A DNA stretch of 64,000 bases from Candidatus Eiseniibacteriota bacterium (lineage in GTDB: Bacteria; Eisenbacteria; RBG-16-71-46; SZUA-252): assembly GCA_038060295.1 (NCBI GenBank), contig JBBTHR010000028.1, positions 234-64,233 of the forward strand, in the 5' to 3' direction. The first letter of the stretch is position 1. Each line of letters starts with the position of its first letter. A model generated the notes under the pieces. The model searched no databases. It was not told the DNA's origin and saw only the letters and a list, made by a program, of their open reading frames with translations. The position numbers and the translations under genes were made by a program. Positions 27,910-37,999 of the stretch are shown in pieces.

Positions 27910-29417
27910 ATATTCTCGCCATCGACCAGGGAACCACCGGAACGACCGCGCTCGTCCTCGACGGCCGCGGCCGCGTCGCGTCCCGCGGCTACGCGGAGTT
28001 GTCGCAGCACTTCCCGAAACCAGGCTGGGTGGAGCACGACGGAGAGGAGATTTGGGAGACGACGCTTCGCGCGGTGCGCACGGCGCTCTCCGCGGCCGGA
28101 ATCCGGGGTGGGACCGGAGGCGGTGGCCGCGACCCGCGCGGCGGCCTGACGGCGATCGGGATCGCGAATCAGCGAGAGACCACGCTCCTCTGGGATCGGC
28201 GGACGGGTCGCCCCGTGGCGCGAGGAATCGTATGGCAGGACCGGCGAACCTCGGAGCGCTGCGCCGTGCTGAAGAAGGCGGGGGCGGAACGGGCCGTCGC
28301 GCGCGCAACGGGACTCCGGCTCGATCCCTACTTCTCGGCCACCAAACTCGAGTGGTTGCTTCGGCACGTTCCGCGCGCGGCGCGGCGCGCGTCGGCCGGA
28401 GGGCTGGCCTTCGGCACCGTCGATACGTGGCTCCTCTGGAAGCTGACCGGGGGATCGGTTCACGCGACCGACCCGACCAACGCCAGCCGGACGCTACTCT
28501 TTCACCTGCGGCGTCTGGCGTGGGACGACGCGCTCCTCGATCGCTTCGGCATTCCGCGCTCCCTGCTTCCCGAGGTGCGGCCTTCGGCGGGCGACTTCGG
28601 CGTGACGCGAGGCGTTCCCGGAATTCCGGATGGGATTCCGATCCGCGGCATCGCGGGCGATCAGCAGGCGGCGCTCTTCGGGCAAGGCTGCGTCACGGCG
28701 GGCGGCATCAAGAACACGTACGGAACCGGCTGCTTCCTGATGCTCCACACGGGGAAGCGGCCCGTTCCTTCGCGCGCCGGTCTCCTGACGACCGTGGCGT
28801 GCGGGCCGCGCGGGGAGCCCGCCTACGCGCTCGAGGGAAGCGTCTTCGTCGCCGGCGCGGCGATCCAGTGGCTCCGCGACGGGCTCGGCATCGTGAGCGA
28901 CGCGGTGGAAAGCGAGCGGATCGCGCGCTCGGTTCCCGATACCGGCGGAACGTATCTCGTGCCGGCGTTCGCCGGTCTCGGGGCGCCCCACTGGCGGCCC
29001 GACGTGCGCGGTCTCTGGTGCGGTCTCACGCGCGGCACGACGCGCGCCCATCTGGTCCGCGCGGCGCTCGAATCGATCGCGTACCAGACGCGCGACGTCG
29101 TGGACGTGATGCGGCGGGAGAGCGGATCGCGCATCCGGTCGCTTCGGGTCGACGGAGGCGCGACCCGGAACGATTTCCTCATGCAGTTCCAGGCCGATCT
29201 TCTCGGTATTCCCCTCGAGCGGCCCGCGATGGTGGAGACGACCGCGCTCGGAGCGGCCATCCTGGCGGGAATCGGCGCGGGAATTTGGGATCGGCGCGAG
29301 ACGGCGCCGGCCGCGGCGGGCCGCGTGACACGCTTCCGCCCTCGGATGGGCGCGCGCCGGCGGTCGGGACTGCTGAGGGAATGGGAGGTCGCGGTGGCCC
29401 TCCTTACGAGATCCTAG
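27906..29417 (+). CDS. glpK: glycerol kinase
   Basis: GTG 27906 overlaps the glpD TGA. NILAIDQGTTGTT, HFPKPGWVEHD, GIANQRETT, GDQQAALFGQ. Confidence 0.95.
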   Translation: MNILAIDQGTTGTTALVLDGRGRVASRGYAELSQHFPKPGWVEHDGEEIWETTLRAVRTALSAAGIRGGTGGGGRDPRGGLTAIGIANQRETTLLWDRRTGRPVARGIVWQDRRTSERCAVLKKAGAERAVARATGLRLDPYFSATKLEWLLRHVPRAARRASAGGLAFGTVDTWLLWKLTGGSVHATDPTNASRTLLFHLRRLAWDDALLDRFGIPRSLLPEVRPSAGDFGVTRGVPGIPDGIPIRGIAGDQQAALFGQGCVTAGGIKNTYGTGCFLMLHTGKRPVPSRAGLLTTVACGPRGEPAYALEGSVFVAGAAIQWLRDGLGIVSDAVESERIARSVPDTGGTYLVPAFAGLGAPHWRPDVRGLWCGLTRGTTRAHLVRAALESIAYQTRDVVDVMRRESGSRIRSLRVDGGATRNDFLMQFQADLLGIPLERPAMVETTALGAAILAGIGAGIWDRRETAPAAAGRVTRFRPRMGARRRSGLLREWEVAVALLTRS

Positions 29418-30312
29418 CCTGCAGCCAGTCGGCGATCTCGCCGGCGATCTTCGGTCCTTCCGGCTCGTTCAGGATCTCGTGGTAGAGGCCGGGATAGAGG
29501 CGTAGCTCCACGAGCCCGGCCGGAGTGGTGCGCACCCATCGCTCGCTCCCGAGCGGGCTCGACACCACGTCCTCCGCTCCATGCAGGACCAGGGTCGGCA
29601 TGGAGAGTCGCGAAGCCGACTCCTTCAGCGCCGCGTTCATCGTCCGGAACTCGAAGAAGAGCCGTGCGCTCATGGTGTAGTGGACGAGCGGGTCCTCGTT
29701 GTGAGCCTGGACGACAGCGGGATCGTGCGACAGCATGCTCGGAAGAATGGTCGTCTGCTGGGAGAAGCCGGGCCAGACGCGAACGACCAACTGGGCGAGG
29801 CGCACCTTCAGCATCGTGGCGCGCAGCACCACCTCGAAGGGCGGCGCCGAGAGGACGAGGGCGCGCACCCGCTCCGGGTGGCGCAGGGCGAAGTCGAGCG
29901 CCACGAGCGAGCCCATGCTGTGACCCACGAAGGCGCTCGGGGCGTCGCCGCCGTCGCGCCGCCGGGCCCACCATGCTTCCACGGCGTCGCGGTAGTCGCC
30001 CCACGATTCCACGTGGCCGCGGGGTCCGTACGATTCGCCGTGGCCCGGCAGGTCGAGCGCTTCCACGGCGAAGCCCTGGCCGGCGAGCGCCCGGACCGCG
30101 CGCCCATAACGACGCGCGTGGTCGCCGAGGCCGTGGATGATCCCGACCCGGCCCGCCGTTCCTCCGGGATTCCACTCGATGCCGGCGACCGACCCGCGCC
30201 CCGGCAATTCGAGCGTGAAATCGCGCCGCTCCAAATCGTCGGGGGGGTACGTGGGATCGATGCGGCTGTTCGCTTCGGTCATGTCCTCGAAACTATAAGG
30301 GGACGGCGGCAT
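29404..30312 (-). CDS. alpha/beta hydrolase, lysophospholipase/monoacylglycerol lipase-like
   Basis: HGLGDH, GHGES, nucleophile elbow GHSMGS, C-terminal YHEILNE. 3' end overlaps glpK by 14 nt (convergent). ATG 30282 is an alternative start. Confidence 0.8.
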   Translation of the reverse strand: MPPSPYSFEDMTEANSRIDPTYPPDDLERRDFTLELPGRGSVAGIEWNPGGTAGRVGIIHGLGDHARRYGRAVRALAGQGFAVEALDLPGHGESYGPRGHVESWGDYRDAVEAWWARRRDGGDAPSAFVGHSMGSLVALDFALRHPERVRALVLSAPPFEVVLRATMLKVRLAQLVVRVWPGFSQQTTILPSMLSHDPAVVQAHNEDPLVHYTMSARLFFEFRTMNAALKESASRLSMPTLVLHGAEDVVSSPLGSERWVRTTPAGLVELRLYPGLYHEILNEPEGPKIAGEIADWLQARIS

Positions 30313-30629
30313 GGTATCCAGAGTGGTCTACCCGCCCGCCGGGTCCGCCCGCATCCGGCAGGAGGCCTCGGCATCTCATTGGATGCCGATTCGGGCCTTC
30401 TCGGCGCCGCGCTCCATCCCGGCCATTCTGGCGGCTCACTTGCGGGCACACAAGGAGAGGGAAACGGGGTAAACTCGGCCGGCATTCTGCCCGCCCGCGT
30501 AGGAATACAGGAAGGCGATTGGCTCCTTTCGTTCGGGGCGCGCACCGCGCCGAACGCGTCATCATAACCGTGGTGCCGGCCGAAGCGGACTAGCGGTCCG
30601 ATCGGAGGCGTGGGCCACGAGGAGGGGAC

Positions 30630-32285
30630 GTGACCCGAGCATCCTTGCTGCATGCATGGCGCCGCGCCGCGGGAATCGCGGCATCCGCGGCGATTCTCAC
30701 CGTTCTGCCGGCGGGGCCGGCCTATGGCCAGGGCGCGGGCGATTCGCCCGAGCCGACCCGGGCCATTCTGCTGGAGTCGAATCCCGACAGCGCGCTGACG
30801 ATCGCGCTTTCTCAGATCTCGGGCGCGCCGCTCACGCTGGCTGAGGCCGAAGCCGCGGCGCTGGATCAGGCGACCGACGTCCGCGAGGCGCGAGGCGCCC
30901 TGATGGCGGCGCGAGGCGCGATGCGCTCCGAGAAGGGGGCGTTCGATCCCGAGCTCTTCGCCGAGATCTCGCGGTCGGAGGCGGACACGCCGACGGCCTC
31001 TCCCTTCAGCGGCGCGAGCCTCATCCGGAGCAAGGAGGCGTTCGCCTCGGGGGGCGCCCGCGTGACGCTTCCAACCGGAACCGAACTGACGGCATCCATC
31101 CAGACCGCGCGCCTCGAGGCGGACTCCTCGCTCTCCGGCGCGAATCCGGAGTACGACGCGGCGGCCGCGCTCGAATTCCGCCAGCCGCTCCTCAGGGGTT
31201 TCGGTCCGGGAGCCTGGGGTAGGCGGAGTGCCGCGGCGCGCTCGTTCGAAGCGGCCCGCGCTCGGTACGACGACGCCGTGCAGCGGACTCGCGCCGTGGT
31301 GGAGCAGACCTACTGGGACCTCTATGCGGCCGAGCGCGATCTCGCCGTTCAGCGGCTTCTGCGCGACCGCGCGGCGGCCTTTCTCGATCAGGCCGAGAAG
31401 CGCGGCAAGGCGGGCATCGTCGGGCCGAGCGTCGTCGCGAACGCGCGCGTCTTCCTCTCCGAGCAGGAGCAGGCCGTGCTCGACCGGGAAGAGCAATACG
31501 ACAAGATTTCCGATCGCCTCGGATCGCTCCTGGGCAGGCGTCCCGCCTCGGGACAGACCCGATACCGTCCGGTCGACCATCCTCCTCGCGAGTTCGTCGT
31601 AGAGCCCGAGGACTCGGTCGTGGAGCGCGCGATGGAGCGGAACCGCTCCCTCGTCTCCAACGAGCGCGACGTCGCCTCGGCTCGCGCCCTGGCGCAAGCC
31701 GCGCGATGGAACGCCTTCCCGCAGCTCGATCTCTTCGGATCGGTCGGTGGCGTCGGACTGAACGGAACCCCACGCGTCATCAACTTCGGAGGGACGGGCT
31801 ACGTAGCGAACGTCTCCGGCGATCGCGGAGACGCCATCTCCGACGCGATCGATCGCCGCTATCCCAACTGGACGCTCGGAGCGCGAATGACCATCCCGAT
31901 CGGATTCCGCCAGGGGATGGGAGACCACCACCGCACGAAGGGTGAGCTGGAGCAGGCGGAGCAGCGCTACCTGGCCGCCAGGCGGTTGCTGGAAGAGCGC
32001 GTCCGATCCGCCCACCGCGATCTGGTCCATTCCGTGAAGCGCCTCGACGCGGCCCGTATGGGTGTCGACGCCGCGCTCGAGCAGGCCCGCATCGGACTCC
32101 TGGAATACGGACTCGGCAGGACCACCTCGTTCGATCTCGTCCGCCTCGGAGCGGACGTCGCGTCGTCGCAGCAGCGATTCTCCCAGGCGCTCGTTCGCAC
32201 CGCCAAAGCCGTCGCCGAACTCCGCTGGCTCACGTCGAGCCCGGACGTGGCCGGCTCCACTTCAACGGGGAAGACCACGCCATGA
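30630..32285 (+). CDS. TolC-family outer membrane efflux protein
   Basis: GGAGGGGAC then GTG. Signal peptide. Two-repeat OEP-like sequence. First gene of the efflux operon. Confidence 0.8.
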   Translation: MTRASLLHAWRRAAGIAASAAILTVLPAGPAYGQGAGDSPEPTRAILLESNPDSALTIALSQISGAPLTLAEAEAAALDQATDVREARGALMAARGAMRSEKGAFDPELFAEISRSEADTPTASPFSGASLIRSKEAFASGGARVTLPTGTELTASIQTARLEADSSLSGANPEYDAAAALEFRQPLLRGFGPGAWGRRSAAARSFEAARARYDDAVQRTRAVVEQTYWDLYAAERDLAVQRLLRDRAAAFLDQAEKRGKAGIVGPSVVANARVFLSEQEQAVLDREEQYDKISDRLGSLLGRRPASGQTRYRPVDHPPREFVVEPEDSVVERAMERNRSLVSNERDVASARALAQAARWNAFPQLDLFGSVGGVGLNGTPRVINFGGTGYVANVSGDRGDAISDAIDRRYPNWTLGARMTIPIGFRQGMGDHHRTKGELEQAEQRYLAARRLLEERVRSAHRDLVHSVKRLDAARMGVDAALEQARIGLLEYGLGRTTSFDLVRLGADVASSQQRFSQALVRTAKAVAELRWLTSSPDVAGSTSTGKTTP

Positions 32286-33415
32286 CCCGTCCGTCCCACG
32301 ATCGGGCCCGCGCCGCGGCGCGCGCCCTTGCTTCGCTCCTCGCCTTCACTCTCGTCGCCGGCGGATGCAAGGGCGGCCCGAAGGGCGGCTTCTCCATGCC
32401 TCCGATGCCGGTCGAAACCGCGGTGGTCGCGCCCCGAAGCGTGGCTGACCGTTTCGACGCCGTCGGCACCATCGAGGCGGGCGAGGCGATCACCGTCGTC
32501 AGCGAGATCGACGCGAGCGTCGAATCGCTTCCGTTCCGCGAGGGGCAACCGATCGAGCAGGGAGCCCTCATCGCCCAGCTCGACGACGAGACGGCGAGCG
32601 CAGAGCTGAAGCGCGCCGAGGCGCTCCGCGACCAGAGCCAGGTGACGTTCGACCGCGTGAAGTCGCTCTTCGATCAGAAGGCGGCGGCTCCGCAAGATCT
32701 GGACGACGCGGAGGCGGCGCGGAAGGTGGCCGAGGCGGACGTTCAGCTGGCGCGGGAGCGGCTCCGTAAGACGCGCATCACCGCGCCGTTCGCGGGCTTG
32801 GTCGGCGCGAAGCGCGTGAGCCCGGGGGCCTACCTCCGGGCCGGCGACGCCATCACGGAGCTCGCCTCCCTGCGCGAGATCAAGGTCGTCTTCTCCGCGC
32901 CCGAGCGCTATTTCGGCACGCTGCAGCGCGGCCGGCAGGTCACGGTGTCGACGACCGCCTATCCGAACTACGAACTCCACGGACGAATCGACGTCGTGAG
33001 CCCGGTGCTCGACCCGGCGACACGCGCGGCGCGGATCATCGCCCGCGTCGCGAATCCGGGTGGCAAGTTCCGCCCCGGGATGTCGGCGAGCGTGTCGGTG
33101 CTCCTGAGCGAGCGCGCGCAGGCCCTGGTCGTGCCGAGCGAGGCTGTCTTCTCCGAGGGAGGCCAGTCGTTCGTCTACGTCGTGAAGGCGGACAGCACGG
33201 TGGAGCGCGCGGCGCTCACGCTCGGCACCCGCCAAGCCGACGTGGTCGAGGTGGTGCGGGGCATCACGAGCGGCGCCCGCATCGTCACCGCGGGCCATCA
33301 GAAGCTCTTCCCGGGCGCCAAGGTGATTCCGGCGGAGGTCGGGGCGGCTCCGCCGGGCGGCGCAGGCGGCGCCGAGGAGGAGAAACCGGCCGCACCGGGC
33401 GGGGAGAAGAAATGA
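32282..33415 (+). CDS. efflux RND periplasmic adaptor (MFP) lipoprotein
   Basis: Lipobox LVAGGC. HlyD/MFP blocks ITAPFAGLVGAKRVSPGAY, GMSASV. 4-nt overlaps with both neighbours. Confidence 0.9.
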   Translation: MTRPSHDRARAAARALASLLAFTLVAGGCKGGPKGGFSMPPMPVETAVVAPRSVADRFDAVGTIEAGEAITVVSEIDASVESLPFREGQPIEQGALIAQLDDETASAELKRAEALRDQSQVTFDRVKSLFDQKAAAPQDLDDAEAARKVAEADVQLARERLRKTRITAPFAGLVGAKRVSPGAYLRAGDAITELASLREIKVVFSAPERYFGTLQRGRQVTVSTTAYPNYELHGRIDVVSPVLDPATRAARIIARVANPGGKFRPGMSASVSVLLSERAQALVVPSEAVFSEGGQSFVYVVKADSTVERAALTLGTRQADVVEVVRGITSGARIVTAGHQKLFPGAKVIPAEVGAAPPGGAGGAEEEKPAAPGGEKK

Positions 33416-36400
33416 AGCTGAGCGAACTCTCGATCAAGCGTCCGGTCTTCGCGACGGTGCTGAGCCTCGCGATCGTCCTCTTCGGCGTGATCGCCTTCTC
33501 CCGGCTTCCCGTCCGCGAGTATCCCGACATCGATCCGCCGATCGTCTCGATCACCACGTTTTACCGAGGCGCGAGCCCGAGCGTCATCGAGACGGAGATC
33601 ACCGACATCCTCGAGGAGGAGATGGCGACCCTCGAAGGCGTGAAGACGCTCACCTCCTCGAGCCGCGAACAGGGTTCGGTCATCACGATCGAGTTCGAGC
33701 TCGCGCGGAACATCGAGGGGGCCACGAACGACGTGCGCGACCGCGTGTCGCGCATCCGCGGCCTCCTGCCGCGCGAGGCGGACGACCCCATCGTGGAGAA
33801 GGTCGACACGAATGCGCAGCCGGTCCTCTGGGTCGCGCTCTCCAGCGAGCGCCACACGGGGCTCGAACTCTCCGACGTGGCCGATCGGATCCTGAAAGAG
33901 AGGATCCAGCGACTTCCCGGCATTGGCGGCGTCTTCATCGGCGGCGAGCGGCGCTACGCCATGCGCGTCTGGCTCGATCCGCGGCGAATGGCCTCCCACG
34001 GGCTCACGACGCAGGACGTCGAACGGTCGGTGCGGCTCGAGAACGCCGAGATTCCCGCCGGCCGCGTCGAAGGGAAGGAGCGGGAATTCTCCGTCCGGAC
34101 GCGGGGCGACCTGGTCACCGCGGAGGAATTCGGGGCCATCATCGTGAAGCAGGAGGGGACCGAGACGGTTCGCCTCTCGGACGTGGCCGAGGTGACGGTC
34201 GGCGCCGAGGACGAGCGGACGGCGGCCCGGTGGAACGGCAAGGAAGCGGTGGGGCTCGGCATCATCAAGCAGTCGAAGGCGAGCACGATCGATGTCTGCG
34301 AAGCGGTGACGAAGGCGCTGCCGTCCCTGGCGACACAAGTTCCCGCCGGAATGAAGCTCGACATCGCCTACGACTCCTCCAACTTCATTCGCGAGTCGAT
34401 CAGCGAGGTGACGGAGACGATCTTCATCGCCATGATCCTCGTCATCCTCGTCATCCTCGTCTTCCTGAAGAGCGCCCGGGCGACGCTGATCCCGGCGCTG
34501 GCCATCCCGATCTCGATCATCGGCGCCTTCGCCGTGGCCTATTTTGCCGGCTTCACCATCAACATCCTGACCCTCCTGGCGCTCGTGCTCGCCATCGGGC
34601 TCGTCGTGGACGACGCCATCGTCATGTTGGAAAACATCTACCGGCACATGGAAATGGGGAAGGACCGCCGGCGCGCGTCGTTCGACGGCTCCAAGGAGAT
34701 CGGGTTCGCCATTCTCGCCACCACCATCGCGCTCGTCGCGATCTTCGTGCCGGTCGCGTTCCTCACCGGCGCGGTGGGAAGGCTCTTCAACGAGTTCGGC
34801 ATCACGGTGGCGGTGGCGGTGCTCCTCTCGGGGTTCGTGGCGCTCACGCTGACGCCGATGCTCTGCTCGCGCATGCTCCAGTCGGAGCACGGACGGAAGA
34901 AGAGCGCGCTCTCGGCGCGGATCGACGGCTTCTTCGACGCAATGAACCGCTCGTACGAACGGGCGCTTCGCGGGGCGCTCCGGCATCGAGGGATATCCCT
35001 CGCGGGAGCGGCTCTCCTGGCCGTTCTGATCGGGGCGATGTTCTTCGTCCTGCCGCGGGAACTGGTTCCGACCGAGGACCGCGGTGTGGCGTTCGGCATC
35101 GTCATCGCGCCCGAGGGCTCCACGCTCGATTACACCGACCGCTACATGCGGCAGGTCGAGTCGATCCTCCTCCCCCTCCCGGAGCGGCAGGGACTCTTCA
35201 CGGCCACGGGGCTCGGCTTCGGCGGCCCCGGGCGCGTGACGAACGGATTCGTCTTCCTCAACCTGAAGCCGCGCGACGAGCGCTCGAAGTCGCAGCAGCA
35301 ACTCGTGCAGGAACTCTTTCCCCGGCTCTTCGGCATCCCCGGGGTGCTGGCGTTCGTCATCAATCCGCCCAGCCTGGGGGGGAACTTCTCCTCGTCGCCG
35401 GTCGAGTACGTCCTGCAGGGAGAGTCGTACGACGAGCTGCAGCAGGCGGTCGGCGCTTTCATGCAGAAGGCCGGGGCGCTCGGTTACCTGATCAACCTCG
35501 ACACCGACCTGCGTCTCAACAAGCCGCAGCTCGACATCTCCATCGATCGCGAGCGGGCGGCGCAGCTGGGGGTCTCGGTGACCGACATCGGGACGACGCT
35601 CGAGACGTTTCTCGGAGGGCGCGCCGTCTCGACGTTCAAGCGCGGCACGAAGCAATACGACGTCATCGCCCAGGTAAAGCCGCAGGGGCGCGCGACGCCG
35701 GACGCGATCGAGGGGATCTATCTCCGCGGAAGCGGGGGGCTGGTGCAGCTGGCGAGCGTGGTGCGCGTGACGGAGACCGTGGCACCGAAGGAGCTGAACC
35801 ACTACAACCGCGTCCGCTCGGCGACCGTCACCGCGAATCTCCCGCCGGGCTTCCCGCTCGGCATGGCGCTCGACGCGCTCGACGGCATCACGAAGAACGA
35901 CCTCCCGGCGGGCATCCGTCACGAGCTGGCAGGCCAGTCGCGCGAATTCCGGGACTCGAGCACGAGTCTCTACCTCCTCTTCGTCTTCGCGCTCGTCTTC
36001 ATCTACCTCGTGCTGGCGGCGCAGTTCGAATCGTTCATCCATCCGCTGACGATTCTGCTCGCCGTGCCGCTGGCGGTGGTGGGAGCGCTGGTGTCGCTCT
36101 TCCTCTTCCGCCAGAGCCTAAATATCTACAGCCAGATCGGGCTGATCATGCTGATCGGCCTCGTGACGAAGAATTCGATTCTGATCGTCGAGTACGCGAA
36201 CCAGCTCCGGGCGCGCGGACGTTCGATCACGGACGCCGTCACGGAGGCGTCGAGGATCCGGCTCCGCCCGATTCTCATGACGTCGCTCGCGACGATCTTC
36301 GGGGTACTCCCGATCGCGATCGGCCTGGGCGCGGGAGGCGAGGCGCGACGGCCGCTGGGAATCGCCGTGGTCGGCGGGATGGCCGTCTCCACGTTCCTCA

Positions 36401-36540
36401 CCATGGTTCTCGTTCCGGTCCTGTACACCGTGCTGGCCCGCTTCACCGGCGCCGTCGCGGCGGAATCGCCGGTGGCCGCCGAGCAAGCCTCGGCCCCATC
36501 GGAGCGCGCAGTTTCAGCGGAGGCGGCGCCGGTCGGATAG
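33412..36540 (+). CDS. RND efflux permease (AcrB/HAE1-like)
   Basis: MKLSELSIKRPVFATVLSL start. 1042 aa. Typical AcrB-family blocks VVDDAIVMLENI, LIGLVTKNSILIVEYA. Confidence 0.95.
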   Translation: MKLSELSIKRPVFATVLSLAIVLFGVIAFSRLPVREYPDIDPPIVSITTFYRGASPSVIETEITDILEEEMATLEGVKTLTSSSREQGSVITIEFELARNIEGATNDVRDRVSRIRGLLPREADDPIVEKVDTNAQPVLWVALSSERHTGLELSDVADRILKERIQRLPGIGGVFIGGERRYAMRVWLDPRRMASHGLTTQDVERSVRLENAEIPAGRVEGKEREFSVRTRGDLVTAEEFGAIIVKQEGTETVRLSDVAEVTVGAEDERTAARWNGKEAVGLGIIKQSKASTIDVCEAVTKALPSLATQVPAGMKLDIAYDSSNFIRESISEVTETIFIAMILVILVILVFLKSARATLIPALAIPISIIGAFAVAYFAGFTINILTLLALVLAIGLVVDDAIVMLENIYRHMEMGKDRRRASFDGSKEIGFAILATTIALVAIFVPVAFLTGAVGRLFNEFGITVAVAVLLSGFVALTLTPMLCSRMLQSEHGRKKSALSARIDGFFDAMNRSYERALRGALRHRGISLAGAALLAVLIGAMFFVLPRELVPTEDRGVAFGIVIAPEGSTLDYTDRYMRQVESILLPLPERQGLFTATGLGFGGPGRVTNGFVFLNLKPRDERSKSQQQLVQELFPRLFGIPGVLAFVINPPSLGGNFSSSPVEYVLQGESYDELQQAVGAFMQKAGALGYLINLDTDLRLNKPQLDISIDRERAAQLGVSVTDIGTTLETFLGGRAVSTFKRGTKQYDVIAQVKPQGRATPDAIEGIYLRGSGGLVQLASVVRVTETVAPKELNHYNRVRSATVTANLPPGFPLGMALDALDGITKNDLPAGIRHELAGQSREFRDSSTSLYLLFVFALVFIYLVLAAQFESFIHPLTILLAVPLAVVGALVSLFLFRQSLNIYSQIGLIMLIGLVTKNSILIVEYANQLRARGRSITDAVTEASRIRLRPILMTSLATIFGVLPIAIGLGAGGEARRPLGIAVVGGMAVSTFLTMVLVPVLYTVLARFTGAVAAESPVAAEQASAPSERAVSAEAAPVG

Positions 36541-36576
36541 GCCGCCGGGCGACATTGCCTCGGCGATTCGTGCCGA

Positions 36577-36617
36577 CCCCGGAGCGCATGGTCCGCGTTC
36601 CGGGGTCTCTTCTTTCC
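36577..36617 (+). terminator. putative terminator after the RND operon
   Basis: Stem CCCCGGA / TCCGGGG (7 bp, 15-nt loop) followed by pyrimidine/T-rich TCTCTTCTTTCC. Confidence 0.4.
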
Positions 36618-36754
36618 CCGGCGCGTCCGGCGCGCTCCGAACCAGCCCGCTCGTCGAACGCGCGGCATGCTTCCTGCGATGCACGCCCTTGTCGCCGCTC
36701 CTAGCGGCGTCACGACAGCCATTGCTACGTGGGGGACACCAAGGGGGGAAGTCC

Positions 36755-37204
36755 ATGACCTATTCGCGTTTCGCCGCTACGCCCATCCGCCGTCTGCTCG
36801 CCTTCGCTGTCGTCGCCGCGCTCCTCGCGGCCGCCACCGAAACACTACACGCGCAAACCACCGGCACCACGGCCACGCTCCTCTGGACCGCCCCTGGAGA
36901 CGACGGCACCATCGGCCGGGCCTCCCGTTACGACATTCGGTATAGCTCCACCGCGATCTCCGGCGCCGACACGCTCGGTTGGTGGAACGCCGCCACGGTC
37001 CTTCCGACGACCGGGAAGGTGCCCGCGCTATCGGGAGCGCCCGATTCGATGGCGGTCACCGGTCTCACCGCGGGCACGCGCTACTACGCCATCATTCGCA
37101 CCGGCGACGAGGTGCCGAACTGGAGCGGTTACTCGAACGTCGCGATCATCGAGTTTCAGGATATGATCGCGCCGGCGCGGATCGCCGACTTTCGGGTCCG
37201 GTAG
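36755..37204 (+). CDS. secreted fibronectin-type-III-like domain protein
   Basis: AAGGGGGGAAG upstream of ATG 36755. Signal peptide ending HAQ. LLWTAPGDDGTIGRASRYDIRYS...GTRYYAIIRTGDEVPNWS. Confidence 0.6.
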   Translation: MTYSRFAATPIRRLLAFAVVAALLAAATETLHAQTTGTTATLLWTAPGDDGTIGRASRYDIRYSSTAISGADTLGWWNAATVLPTTGKVPALSGAPDSMAVTGLTAGTRYYAIIRTGDEVPNWSGYSNVAIIEFQDMIAPARIADFRVR

Positions 37205-37368
37205 GCGACACGTACCGATCCGGGGGAATGGCCCTCGCCAGTTTTGTCATATGCCAACCTTGTCATAAGACTTCGGGCGCCCAGAGGCCTCCCACCACCG
37301 CACCGCTTCAGTTCGTCGTGAAAACGCGCGATTCTTAGGCGTGGAGAGCGCGGGAAGGGACCCGCGAC

Positions 37369-37965
37369 ATGATCCCGCGGAGGAAGCGCGCCATGAAACT
37401 CAAGAAGCAGCGGGCGGCGAGCAGGGTGGCAGTCGAAGGAACGGTGCTGATGCGCATGAACGCGTTCTTGCGCGAGAGAACGCTGGACCGTTTTCTCGCC
37501 GCACGCGATGCCATGCTTGTCTCGCGTCACTTCGATCCCAAGTCGACCGTGTTGCCGGACGTCTATCGGCTGCTCGGCCGTGGCCGTCACCACCAGGTGC
37601 TCGCCATCGCCACGCAGGCGATGGCGAATTGGGTCCTGAACCCCGGAGTCCACTTCGTCGCGGCGCAGGCGTTTCGCGAACTGGGCGACGAGGATCGGGC
37701 GGAGCACGAGGCGGAGACCGGCCGCGCTCTCCTGGGCGGCCTCCTCATGACCGGGGACGGGTCGCCGGAGCGGCCCTACATCGTCCTACGGGCGGCCGAC
37801 GAGTACGACGTCCTGGCGAGCATGGGGCTTCGCTGCCGGGCGCACCAGGTCGCGTATCGAAATGGGCGGGCATACGACGCCCTGGCCTGCGACGACGGGC
37901 GAGACGTCTGGTTCGACGTCAGCGCGGCGGCCGGTGTGGGGCTGAGGTCGGGCGTCGCAGTGTAG
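37369..37965 (+). CDS. hypothetical protein (possibly DUF4919-like)
   Basis: 198-aa ORF with coding-like composition. ...PYIVLRAADEYDVLASMGL...GRAYDALACDDGRDVWFDVS resembles DUF4919 from memory only. Confidence 0.45.
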   Translation: MIPRRKRAMKLKKQRAASRVAVEGTVLMRMNAFLRERTLDRFLAARDAMLVSRHFDPKSTVLPDVYRLLGRGRHHQVLAIATQAMANWVLNPGVHFVAAQAFRELGDEDRAEHEAETGRALLGGLLMTGDGSPERPYIVLRAADEYDVLASMGLRCRAHQVAYRNGRAYDALACDDGRDVWFDVSAAAGVGLRSGVAV

Positions 37966-37999
37966 GAACGCGTAGGTTCGAGAGGGCGCGGCGGGGCGG

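Noticed and set aside
26242-28308. Upstream extension of the SDR gene (ORF 25462-28308, 948 aa)
   Set aside because: Only the last 259 aa (from MILPLKGRWALVTGASSGFG) resemble an SDR. The extension is antisense to glpD and glpK and is Arg/Pro-rich.
29404-29417. 14-nt convergent overlap of the glpK and hydrolase 3' ends (and an 11-nt overlap of czcA and the aminotransferase at 62155-62165)
   Set aside because: Short convergent overlaps are common in compact high-GC genomes. Nothing else is unusual at these junctions.
33298-36042. 914-aa minus-strand ORF
   Set aside because: Antisense to the AcrB-like RND permease. Composition is dominated by Arg, Asp, Glu and Gly, and there is no recognisable domain.
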